Shown here piece by piece: positions 21,896 to 30,685 of a DNA stretch of 64,000 nucleotides; within the stretch, counting starts at the first letter, position 1; each line of letters opens with the position of its first letter. Under the pieces are notes generated by a model. It worked only from the letters and a program-made list of their open reading frames with translations. It did no database searches and was not told where the DNA came from. This DNA comes from an uncultured Verrucomicrobiae bacterium (lineage in GTDB: Bacteria > Verrucomicrobiota > Verrucomicrobiia > Chthoniobacterales > JAFAMB01): positions 4,096,001-4,160,000 of the forward strand of contig CAWIPH010000002.1 in assembly GCA_963837955.1 (NCBI GenBank), in the 5' to 3' direction. The position numbers and the translations under genes were made by a program.

Positions 21896-22326
21896 AATAT
21901 TTTCTTCCTTATCTCGGATGGTTCTGGGTGGCTGCCTCCCCGCTGGCTTTCGCGGAGATAGCCGACGATGAGGCTGCCATGAGAAGCGATGTTCTAGATC
22001 TCGCAGGAGCCTTCCAAAACGACGGGTTCAAAATCCGAGACGGTACGTGGTTCGCCAAAACCTCCAAGGACCACTCGGCCACAATCGCTGTAAATCTCTA
22101 CACCGGAAATGCTTACTGGTTTTCGGCGGCAGGTCCAAAATCGTCCACTGATCTCAAGATTACGATTTATGACAGTGGAGGCCGCCCGGTCTCTTCGGAG
22201 CCGTACCGATCGGAAAACAAGATAGCTTCCGGCTTTAGCCCGGACGCGAGTGGTCTCTATTACGTAAGAGTCTCCTCAGACGCTTCAAAGCCGACGAGCT
22301 TTTGCTTAATTTACTCTTACAAATAA
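21892..22326 (+). CDS. Secreted hypothetical protein (small beta-sandwich/PPC-like)
   Basis: Signal peptide (PLAFA); DLKITIYDSGG ... GLYYVRV pattern. Confidence 0.65.
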   Translation: MKYFLPYLGWFWVAASPLAFAEIADDEAAMRSDVLDLAGAFQNDGFKIRDGTWFAKTSKDHSATIAVNLYTGNAYWFSAAGPKSSTDLKITIYDSGGRPVSSEPYRSENKIASGFSPDASGLYYVRVSSDASKPTSFCLIYSYK

Positions 22327-22342
22327 AATCTTGGCGTATTTA

Positions 22343-22813
22343 ATGCCCACGGAAGAACCCCAAATCAGAGAAAAGACGTCCGGACCCGCGGTAAAGCAGT
22401 TTTCAGTCTTCCTCCTGAATAAGGTCGGAGCATTGCTCGAAATCGTTCGAATGCTGAATGAGAACGAAGTGCACGTTCTAGCCTTGAATTCTCAGGATTC
22501 GACAGATTCTGCGTTGGTGCGAATCGTAGCTAGCGACCCTGATGCGGTAGAAAACATCTTTGATCTGAACGAAATCGCGTACAGCATCTCCGATATCCTG
22601 GTTGTCGAAATGCGCGAGGTCGCGGTCGATCTTAGGAAGCTTCTCCAATGCCTCCTTATGGCGGAGGTCAATATTCAGGTCTGCTACCCACTTCTCCTTC
22701 GGCCGCATGGCCGATCTGCTCTGGCGCTCCACTTGGACGATCCCGACTGCGGCTGGTCGGTTTTGGTCGGAGAAGGATTCACAATTTTGAATCAAACAGA
22801 TCTTTCCCGTTAA
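22343..22813 (+). CDS. Tandem ACT-domain protein
   Basis: QFSVFLLNKVGAL ... L..AEVNI...YP. Confidence 0.8.
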   Translation: MPTEEPQIREKTSGPAVKQFSVFLLNKVGALLEIVRMLNENEVHVLALNSQDSTDSALVRIVASDPDAVENIFDLNEIAYSISDILVVEMREVAVDLRKLLQCLLMAEVNIQVCYPLLLRPHGRSALALHLDDPDCGWSVLVGEGFTILNQTDLSR

Positions 22814-22897
22814 TTATTTTTTTGATAATGCTGATAATTCTGCGCGACATAAGCCCCGAAAATGGCTATTTCCGGCAGAGAAAAGTCCTTTGTCAGC

Positions 22898-23314
22898 ATG
22901 AAATGTGTTTTGGCATTGCTCTTTCTGGCCTCAGCTGCCCTAACCGGCTGCGAGCGACAGGATTCGTCTGCCGCCCAACCGTCCCGGACACCGGTCGTAA
23001 CGCGTACATCGGTTCCGCTTCGATTCTTCCTTTTCGGGCGCTGGGAGAAGCCTCGCTTTCAGGATGGTGACGCCAAGGAATACCTTTCCGAATACGATTC
23101 ATTTCTCGATCAATTTAAGGATGCTTATCGCGCCCTGAAGGGTGGAAATGTGACGGGTTTTCAGCGTCTTTTTGGCAGCGCTGAGGTCTTACAAACCAAA
23201 GCGACACAACTAGGCTCGAGGTTGAACGCCGACGACCAAAGGAGATTGAAAAAGTATCTCCAGACTCGCGCAGTCGAATTATACCAGTCCGGACTGGTAA
23301 GTGGCCTTCAGTAA
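22898..23314 (+). CDS. Hypothetical lipoprotein
   Basis: MKCVLALLFLASAALTGC lipobox. Confidence 0.6.
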   Translation: MKCVLALLFLASAALTGCERQDSSAAQPSRTPVVTRTSVPLRFFLFGRWEKPRFQDGDAKEYLSEYDSFLDQFKDAYRALKGGNVTGFQRLFGSAEVLQTKATQLGSRLNADDQRRLKKYLQTRAVELYQSGLVSGLQ

Positions 23315-23338
23315 TGGCTGGAGGGCTGGCTCCTGCGT

Positions 23339-25312
23339 CTACGCTGAATTCTGCCGATAATACGGGAATTGAACGATCTGATCTTCCCTGTTCGATTCAC
23401 TATCCGGCTCAAGATCGGTAAACCCGATTCCTAATCGGTGATCCCGATATAACGTGATTGCAACGTTCCGATTCACGCGGATGCATTGCTTGATCGCTTC
23501 GGGTTCCTTCTCGCAGAAAAGCACCGTCTTCCAGGAAAAAATATGTTTTGGTTTGTGGAAATCGCTGTTGGCGACAAACGGCAGTCGCTTCAGGCCGATC
23601 GGATTGAAAATGTCGTCTCGGTTTGCCACTTCCCAGGCATCCAACAGCGGGGCGTATTGATCTATGTGCTCCCAGAAATAGAGTGTGTTCTTGCCCCAGT
23701 GCGTCTTAAACTCATGAGGATGTGACGCGATGGCCAATGCACCCTGCGCATGAATTTCTGCGATCGTCTGCGTGATCGGTAAGCCTGGACTGATCGGCTT
23801 CTTGAGGTCGACCGCCAAAAGATGCGCCGAGCTCCTCCTAGTAAGCCCGTCTTTGTTGAATTCCAGGCCGGCGAGAAGAACCAGCCGATATTTCTCTAAC
23901 GCTCGTTTTTTCTCCTTTTCAATGATCTCAAAATATTCGTCGACCTGATCCAAGGTTAGCACGAGTCCGGTGAGATTGGTCACTCTGCCGATTAGCTTAG
24001 TGTGATCGCAAATGTGATCCGTGATGCAAAGCACATCGAACCCGCGTTGCCCATAGAAGTCGACCAGTTCTGGAATCGTCAGCTTTCCATCCGAAAAAAC
24101 AGAATGGGAATGGAAATCGCAGAGAAGAATGGACGGCGATTTTACCAAAAGATTAGCCGGGACGGTTTCCTTTGGAACGATCGACCGGCGCGGTTGAACC
24201 ACTTCGGCCAAAGCCAGGTCGAGAATGAACCGAGCAATCTGCAGCGAGGCGTCAGGTCGACTCAATCGCGAGATGTTGTCGACCCATCGATGAAGTTCGG
24301 CGCCGCCGTCGGCAAAGGCATCATCCAGCGCCTCAACAATAGCGTCAGGGTCTGGCGCCAATCGGCCACAGTCATTTTCAACGATCAGCCGAGCATTTCC
24401 TTCCTCTTGTCCAGGAACAACTTGGCTGATTATGACCGGCGTTCGAGCAGCAATCGCTTCCTGGACAGTAGCACCACCTGCTTTTGTGATAATAAGATGA
24501 TGGCTCGTGAGAAGCTCCGGCATCTTAGTCGTCCAGCCCAGTATTTCCACCGGATGGGTTGGCGATTTCGCTTCCATTTCGATTTCTCGGCGAAGACTAG
24601 TGTCCCGGCCGACCGTAACCGTCAGCCGAATGTCCGAACGACGCGCTAATCGGCGAACCAGAGCCGGAGCCTCTTTCTTGCCGGAATTGATCATGTACAA
24701 AACGCGGCGGGGCCCGGTATCACTGCTGCCGAACCGGCGATCGTTCATTTCGGCGAACCGATGGGTCACCGGAAAACCAAAAATTCTAATGCGATCATCG
24801 GTCACACCCCCGGCACGCAAGACCGCCGCAGTGTCCTCGTTGGCAACAATAAAGTAATCGCTCGCACACCGGTACCAGACCGAATTGACGGTAATCGAAT
24901 CTGTTACGACCGTGATTTGGGAGAAGGGACGAGGCTCTCCTTCGGGATACGTTTCATCGATCACGTAGTTATAGAGCGGGTAAGTCGAGACGACCGCGTC
25001 AGGTTCTATTTGGTTTAGCAGGTCGATCATCGAGCGCTTCATTTTGGCTAACATCACCATGTTCGACTCCACGAACTGGGTGCCATCAATCACATTATAG
25101 ATTTTTCCCCAGACCCGGGGCGTGCGGTTTATCGCCGCGATATAAGCCTTGCGAAGAAACTCGTTGAGTTTGCCGTAACAACGTTCGAACAAATCAACGA
25201 TTTGAACATTCACCTCGTCGGGAGCCACCAGCTCCAAGGCATCTCGAATGTTCCGGGCCGCGGTATTGTGTCCTTCCCCAAAACCGGCGGTGAAGATCAA
25301 AATTTTTTTCAT
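23339..25312 (-). CDS. Diacylglycerol glycosyltransferase (MGDG synthase/UgtP, GT28) fused to a PHP-domain phosphoesterase
   Basis: N-terminus GEGH, TKAGGATVQE, PGQEEGNA; C-terminus DFHSHS..SDG, ITDH, HP, NSDFH. Confidence 0.88.
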   Translation of the reverse strand: MKKILIFTAGFGEGHNTAARNIRDALELVAPDEVNVQIVDLFERCYGKLNEFLRKAYIAAINRTPRVWGKIYNVIDGTQFVESNMVMLAKMKRSMIDLLNQIEPDAVVSTYPLYNYVIDETYPEGEPRPFSQITVVTDSITVNSVWYRCASDYFIVANEDTAAVLRAGGVTDDRIRIFGFPVTHRFAEMNDRRFGSSDTGPRRVLYMINSGKKEAPALVRRLARRSDIRLTVTVGRDTSLRREIEMEAKSPTHPVEILGWTTKMPELLTSHHLIITKAGGATVQEAIAARTPVIISQVVPGQEEGNARLIVENDCGRLAPDPDAIVEALDDAFADGGAELHRWVDNISRLSRPDASLQIARFILDLALAEVVQPRRSIVPKETVPANLLVKSPSILLCDFHSHSVFSDGKLTIPELVDFYGQRGFDVLCITDHICDHTKLIGRVTNLTGLVLTLDQVDEYFEIIEKEKKRALEKYRLVLLAGLEFNKDGLTRRSSAHLLAVDLKKPISPGLPITQTIAEIHAQGALAIASHPHEFKTHWGKNTLYFWEHIDQYAPLLDAWEVANRDDIFNPIGLKRLPFVANSDFHKPKHIFSWKTVLFCEKEPEAIKQCIRVNRNVAITLYRDHRLGIGFTDLEPDSESNREDQIVQFPYYRQNSA

Positions 25313-25479
25313 CAAAACCAAAAAATTTGCTAAGCCGTTTGTACTTCGCTGGCGGAATTTGCTTACATAGGTTGATGAGCGGGTGAGGTTAGCGGAATGA
25401 GCGCTTTCCTTCCAGCGATTTTAGAGCCGAGCTGGCCGGCGCGAAACATCAAATATTTGCACGATAAGAGGAGCTAAGT

Positions 25480-26517
25480 TTGTATTTGCCAAATTTGCGG
25501 AAGATCCAATCCCACCACTCGGGCCGGTGGGTACCGCTGCTCCTCCTCTATATCTTAGCTGCTTCATTTGCTCCGGGTGAGGACCCGGAAGAAGAGAAAC
25601 GTTTGCGAGAGCTCTTCCTCAAAAGCCGCCAGCAAATGGAAATTGTTCCCAGCCCAACCCCAACGCCCAAACCGACTCCCATTCCGGCAACCCCTCCGCC
25701 CAAGCGATTTCGCTATCGTGAGCCGGATGAACATCCGAAGGCTCAAGCCACCCAATCTTTGTCGCCCCAGCAGCACCAACCCCCCTCAACCGAGGTTTCA
25801 GAAACTCCTAGTCCCACCTCAACTCCAGAGCCTGAAATAACTAAGTCTCCGGCAACGGAAGAGACGCCACCGCTGCTATCGGCTCCTCCCCCAACACCGA
25901 AGAAACGGCATGGCTGGTTTTTCTTTGGCAAGAGAGACGATGATGAAATCGTGGTTCAAAAGTCGGGCGACGAGAGCGACATGGCACCGGCCGGCGACCA
26001 CCACGGTCGTTGGCGATACCTTACCCCGGCCGTCCGCAAGGCCATCGATGACGCCCGCGTTGCGCGGAACCGCTGGAAATACATCGTCGTTCACAACAGC
26101 GGGACGCGCCAAGGCAATGCTCGAATTTTTGACTACTATCACCGCCACGTTCGCAAGATGCCGAACGGATTGGCCTACCATTTCGTTATCGGCAACGGTA
26201 CCTCGACGGGCAACGGCCAAATCGAAATTGGCAACCGTTGGGTCAAACAAATGGCTGGCGGCCACGTTCACAGCGATTACTTAAATTATATTGGGCTCGG
26301 TATTTGTTTGGTTGGCGATTTCAACCGCGATCTCCCGACTCGCGCGCAATATGAAGCGCTGGATGAGCTCATCCGCTATTTGCGGCAGAGAGTCGGCAAG
26401 GTCGATGGGCACTATTCGATTGTTTTGGGTCACAAGGAAATCAATCCCCGACCGACGGATTGCCCCGGCAACCGTTTCCCTCTGCATTGGTTGCACCGCA
26501 CCTTTCCCAATCAGTAG
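25480..26517 (+). CDS. N-acetylmuramoyl-L-alanine amidase (Amidase_2) with a Pro/Thr-rich linker
   Basis: IVVHNS, LAYHFVIG, GICLVGDF, LGHKEI...TDCPG; start uncertain. Confidence 0.88.
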   Translation: MYLPNLRKIQSHHSGRWVPLLLLYILAASFAPGEDPEEEKRLRELFLKSRQQMEIVPSPTPTPKPTPIPATPPPKRFRYREPDEHPKAQATQSLSPQQHQPPSTEVSETPSPTSTPEPEITKSPATEETPPLLSAPPPTPKKRHGWFFFGKRDDDEIVVQKSGDESDMAPAGDHHGRWRYLTPAVRKAIDDARVARNRWKYIVVHNSGTRQGNARIFDYYHRHVRKMPNGLAYHFVIGNGTSTGNGQIEIGNRWVKQMAGGHVHSDYLNYIGLGICLVGDFNRDLPTRAQYEALDELIRYLRQRVGKVDGHYSIVLGHKEINPRPTDCPGNRFPLHWLHRTFPNQ

Positions 26518-26703
26518 CAGAGAAGTTCGGAGCGATCGAACAATTTGCCGACCGGACGACTCCGGAAACGCGAATCGGTTGTGGAACCAGATCGCCGCTT
26601 GAATTAGAGAGAACAGTCGGCAAATAAAGTAGACCGCGAATGGACGCGAGTCAGGCTGCTCATCCATGTCCCATTCGGGTCCGTGTGTGGTTCCGATAAA
26701 ATC

Positions 26704-27600
26704 ATGTTAATCGGTTTAACCGGGGCCTCCGGTTTTCTCGGCCAAGAAATCATTCGCCAAGCTACATCGCGAGGCGACCGAATCGTTGCTTTTTCTCGAA
26801 ATCCCGAAATACCTGTGCCAGGGGCCAATCGCACAGAGGCTTTTGGCGCCGCGATGCCGGTCGACGGCCTCGACGCGGTTTTGCATCTAGCGGGAGAATC
26901 CCTTCTGGGGCTTTGGACTCGATCCCGGAAAGAGCGGATCTCACAAAGCAGAATTGAAGGGACGCGATCAGTGGTAGAGGCGATGCGGAATGCTCCGAAT
27001 CCCCCGCGCACGTTGGTGTGCGCTTCCGGAGTCAGCATTTATGGCGACCGAGGGGACGAGGAATTGGTCGAAGAAAGCGACGTCGGTAAGGCTGGTTTTC
27101 TACGCGATGTCGCGGTTGCCTGGGAATACGAGGCGATGCGCGCCAGAGAGTTCGGTATCCGAGTGGTCGTGGTCCGAATCGCCATGGTACTTGGGCAGAA
27201 GGGAGCACTCGCACTAATGTTACCGGTGTTTTCCTTGGGATTAGGAGGCCGAGTTGGGGCCGGCCATCAATGGATGTCCTGGATCCATGTCGAAGACGTA
27301 GCAAGCCTGTTCTTGCACGCGACCCGAGAGAGGTCTCTGCTAGGACCGATCAACGGGGTCTCCCCCTTTCCCGTTCGAAACCGAGATTTCACTCGAATTC
27401 TTGCAACAACGCTTCGGCGACCTGCATTTTTCGTCGTTCCGAGTTTCATCCTAAAAGCGTTGCTACGAGATCAGGCCTCGTTGTTACTCGATAGCCAGCG
27501 CGCTTCACCGAAGCGAGTGCTGGAAACCGGTTTCAATTTTCGTTTCTCACATTTGGAAGAGGCGCTGCGGGATTTATTGAAGGATTCACCACGTTCGTGA
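26704..27600 (+). CDS. TIGR01777-family NAD-dependent epimerase (YfcH-like)
   Basis: TGASGFLG, HLAGE, QWMSWIHVED, GFNFRF. Confidence 0.92.
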   Translation: MLIGLTGASGFLGQEIIRQATSRGDRIVAFSRNPEIPVPGANRTEAFGAAMPVDGLDAVLHLAGESLLGLWTRSRKERISQSRIEGTRSVVEAMRNAPNPPRTLVCASGVSIYGDRGDEELVEESDVGKAGFLRDVAVAWEYEAMRAREFGIRVVVVRIAMVLGQKGALALMLPVFSLGLGGRVGAGHQWMSWIHVEDVASLFLHATRERSLLGPINGVSPFPVRNRDFTRILATTLRRPAFFVVPSFILKALLRDQASLLLDSQRASPKRVLETGFNFRFSHLEEALRDLLKDSPRS

Positions 27601-27644
27601 CCCCTCCGAGCCAAGCGTGTCGTTCGGCAGCCTCGCGCCTCGAC

Positions 27645-28721
27645 CTAAGGAACCCGTTCCTCGACCAAAAATCGCTCAAGGACCTCCTTCAGCTCCGGTA
27701 TTCCATCTGCGCGCTGAGCTGCAATTGGCACGATAGTCTTATCTGAAAAGCGTTGCCGAAGTAGTCGCAGATTTTCTTCAGCTCCCCCCAAATCCATTTT
27801 GTTGGCCACGATAATCCACGGTCTCTCGGAGAGTTGTGGGTCGTAGAGATCGAGCTCACGTCGTAGGGCTCCGAGATCCGCCAGGGGAGTACGGCCTTCG
27901 CTTCCCGCGGTATCGAGGACAAAGATCAACAGCTTGCAGCGGACAATGTGGCGAAGAAAATCATGGCCAAGTCCAACATTACGGTGCGCTCCCTCGATGA
28001 GTCCCGGGATATCCGCGACTGTGGCCCGCACATAGTTCGGAAATTCTACTACTCCGATCATTGGATTGAGGGTGGTGAACGGATACGGAGCGATCTTTGG
28101 ATGAGCCGCAGAGATTTTGGTCAATAGAGTTGATTTCCCGGCATTGGGGTATCCAACCAGTCCGGCATCCGCAATCGTCCGCAATTCCAGCAGAAAGAAC
28201 CCTTCTTCACCGGGTCCCCCCTCCGTGAATTGGCGTGGGACACGGTTTCTGGAACTCTTGAAGTGCGTGTTACCTTTTCCACCGGCACCGCCGCGGCACA
28301 GCAAGAATTCCTGATCCTTTTCCGTAAGATCTGCGATCAGCACACAATCTGCCGGATCAATTCGCGGCTTAGTCGGAGCCGTTGGATTGTCTTCATCCGT
28401 GGCTACCGGCTCGAGTTTTTGCGGCGGAATCCGGTAAACCACAGTTCCCACCGGCACCTTGTATATCGAATCAGACCCCGCCTTTCCGTACATATTTTTG
28501 CCGAGCCCATGCTCCCCCCGCTTCGCCCGCAAGATAGGTTGATAATAGAAATCGACCAGATTGTCTTTGTGAATGTCGGCGCGGAGTACAATATCTCCTC
28601 CTTTGCCACCGTCCCCACCGTCTGGGCCGCCTTTTGGAACGAACTTTTCCCGACGAAAGCTGACGCAGCCACTACCTCCATCTCCGGCTTTCGCCTGAAT
28701 TCTAATTTGGTCGACAAACAC
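27645..28721 (-). CDS. obgE: GTPase ObgE/CgtA
   Basis: FRREKFVPKGGPDGGDGG, GYPNAGKS, YPFTT, DIPG, NKMD. Confidence 0.98.
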   Translation of the reverse strand: MFVDQIRIQAKAGDGGSGCVSFRREKFVPKGGPDGGDGGKGGDIVLRADIHKDNLVDFYYQPILRAKRGEHGLGKNMYGKAGSDSIYKVPVGTVVYRIPPQKLEPVATDEDNPTAPTKPRIDPADCVLIADLTEKDQEFLLCRGGAGGKGNTHFKSSRNRVPRQFTEGGPGEEGFFLLELRTIADAGLVGYPNAGKSTLLTKISAAHPKIAPYPFTTLNPMIGVVEFPNYVRATVADIPGLIEGAHRNVGLGHDFLRHIVRCKLLIFVLDTAGSEGRTPLADLGALRRELDLYDPQLSERPWIIVANKMDLGGAEENLRLLRQRFSDKTIVPIAAQRADGIPELKEVLERFLVEERVP

Positions 28722-28786
28722 GTTTGATGACCGACAGCCAATAACAAATCTTAGCTATCGACTATTGGCTATTCATTTGTGGGAGA

Positions 28787-30007
28787 TCAGACTTCCTGCT
28801 TCCGTTTGGAAACCAATTCCTCGTACAGGCTCTTCGTCTGACCGGCAATAGCGCGCCAGCTAAATTTCTCGATCGCCCGCCGCCGTCCGGCCTTTCCGAA
28901 CTTCTGACGGAGCTGCGGATCCGCCATCAAAATATTGATTTTGTCGGCCAGATCACGAGCGAACCGATCCGGATCGAGCGGTTCAAACGGGCTCTCCGTC
29001 ATTTGCTGTAACGGGATCAAAAACCCGGTTTCACCATCGACAACGACTTCTTTGATTCCGCCGACCGCGCTGGCCACTACCGGTGTTTCGCACGCCATCG
29101 CTTCAAGATTAATGATCCCAAACGGTTCATAAATCGAAGGACAGCAAAAAACCGCCGCGTTCGCGTAGAATTGAAGCACGGCCCGTTTTGGAGCCATTTT
29201 GTCGATCCAGATAACTCCCGGTCTGGATCGCTGGGCATCTGCCACAGCTTGTTTCATCTCAGCCGCGATTTCGGGAGTATCCGGCGCACCGGCGCAGAGC
29301 ACGACCTGGAATCCAGGCGCAAAATAGCGAATGGCGCGCACCAAATGGATGATCCCTTTCTGACGCGCAATTCTCCCCACGAACAAAACATAAGGCTTTT
29401 CCGGATCGATACCGTACTCGATCAAGGCGTCCTTTTCTGCAGCGGGTCGATATTCCTCCGGGTCGATTCCATTATAGATGATCCGGACCCGTTTTTCGTC
29501 GACGTCGAAAAGTCGCAAGACATCGGCCTTGGTGCCCTCCGAAACAGCAATCACTGCGTCGGCCATCTCAATCGCTGTCTTTTCGATCCACCTACTGAAA
29601 TCGTAACCGTGGCCGAGCTGTTCTCGTTTCCATGGACGCAACGGCTCGAGAGAATGGATAGTGATGACTAGCGGGATCGCGTAGTTCAATTTGGCTAAAA
29701 CCCCTCCGAAATGGGTGTACCAAGTGTGACAATGAACGATATCGGCATCTATCCCAGCCGTATTGAAATCGGTACATCGCCTAACCGCACCGAACACCGA
29801 TGTGAGATTTTTCGGGCAGCCAAAGCTCGATGTATCCAATCCAAAGCCACGAACCCGTAGATGCGGCTCATCCACTTTTTGATCGCCGAACGCCCGGACA
29901 TCAACGTCCATGATTTGTGCGAGTTCGCGGCTAAGATAGTCGACATGCACACCGGCTCCTCCGTAAATGGAGGGTGGATACTCGTTGGTAAGCAGGAGCG
30001 TTTTCAT
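28787..30007 (-). CDS. glgA: GT4 glycogen synthase of the actinobacterial GlgA/GlgM type
   Basis: EYPPSIYGGAGVH, HSLEPLRPWKREQLG.GY, YEPFGIINLEAMAC. Confidence 0.9.
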   Translation of the reverse strand: MKTLLLTNEYPPSIYGGAGVHVDYLSRELAQIMDVDVRAFGDQKVDEPHLRVRGFGLDTSSFGCPKNLTSVFGAVRRCTDFNTAGIDADIVHCHTWYTHFGGVLAKLNYAIPLVITIHSLEPLRPWKREQLGHGYDFSRWIEKTAIEMADAVIAVSEGTKADVLRLFDVDEKRVRIIYNGIDPEEYRPAAEKDALIEYGIDPEKPYVLFVGRIARQKGIIHLVRAIRYFAPGFQVVLCAGAPDTPEIAAEMKQAVADAQRSRPGVIWIDKMAPKRAVLQFYANAAVFCCPSIYEPFGIINLEAMACETPVVASAVGGIKEVVVDGETGFLIPLQQMTESPFEPLDPDRFARDLADKINILMADPQLRQKFGKAGRRRAIEKFSWRAIAGQTKSLYEELVSKRKQEV

Positions 30008-30119
30008 AACCTCTAGCGGACTATAAAAGATAATAAGAAGGATTGACTCTTCTTCCCCCTGATTGCCACGAGTCTCTTAAAGAAAATTCTGGTGCGTTTT
30101 CGTCAATAGATCAAAGAAC

Positions 30120-30512
30120 ACGCCAAACAACTTAACTCATTTTGCCATCCACGCGGTCAATATCGACCGTGCCCGCCGATTTTATGAAACCGTCTTCGAA
30201 TGGAAGTTTCAGCCTTGGGGCCCGCCCGACTTCTACCAGATCCGAACTGGAAGCGATCAGGAGCCTGGCGTTCAAGGCGCGCTTCAGCGGCGACGCGAAC
30301 TCGTGGCGGGGAAACCCATCTTTGGTTTCGAATGCACGATCTCTGTCGAAGATGTCGATGATATCGCACTCGCTGTCGAGAAAGCGGGCGGTAAGATCTT
30401 AATGGAAAAAGCAGTGATCCCAACCGTCGGAGAACTCATATTCTTCCAAGATCCCGAGGGTAATGTGGTAGGCGCAATCCGGTTCGATTCGGCGTATCGT
30501 CCTGCTCGCTAA
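30120..30512 (+). CDS. VOC/glyoxalase family protein; apparent ACG start
   Basis: Frame reads (T)PNNLTHFAIHAVNIDRARRFYETVFEWKF...DPEGNVVG; in-frame TAA at 30078 and no ATG/GTG/TTG until 30303. Confidence 0.8.
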   Translation, partial: TPNNLTHFAIHAVNIDRARRFYETVFEWKFQPWGPPDFYQIRTGSDQEPGVQGALQRRRELVAGKPIFGFECTISVEDVDDIALAVEKAGGKILMEKAVIPTVGELIFFQDPEGNVVGAIRFDSAYRPAR

Positions 30513-30541
30513 TTCAGTCTCGCGCAGGCGTGGTGGGCAAC

Positions 30542-30666
30542 AGGACTCATGGGTCGCATAGGACTCATGGGTCGCATAGGACTCATGGGTCGCATAGGAC
30601 TCATGGGTCGCATAGGACTCATAGGTCGCATAGGACTCGTGTCGCATGGGACTTATGGGTCGCATA
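30542..30666. repeat. 18-bp tandem repeat AGGACTCATGGGTCGCAT, about 7 units (4 perfect)
   Basis: Read directly; 9-bp subperiod; lies between convergent genes. Confidence 0.95.
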
Positions 30667-30685
30667 ATTCATCCCAATCAGCCCC

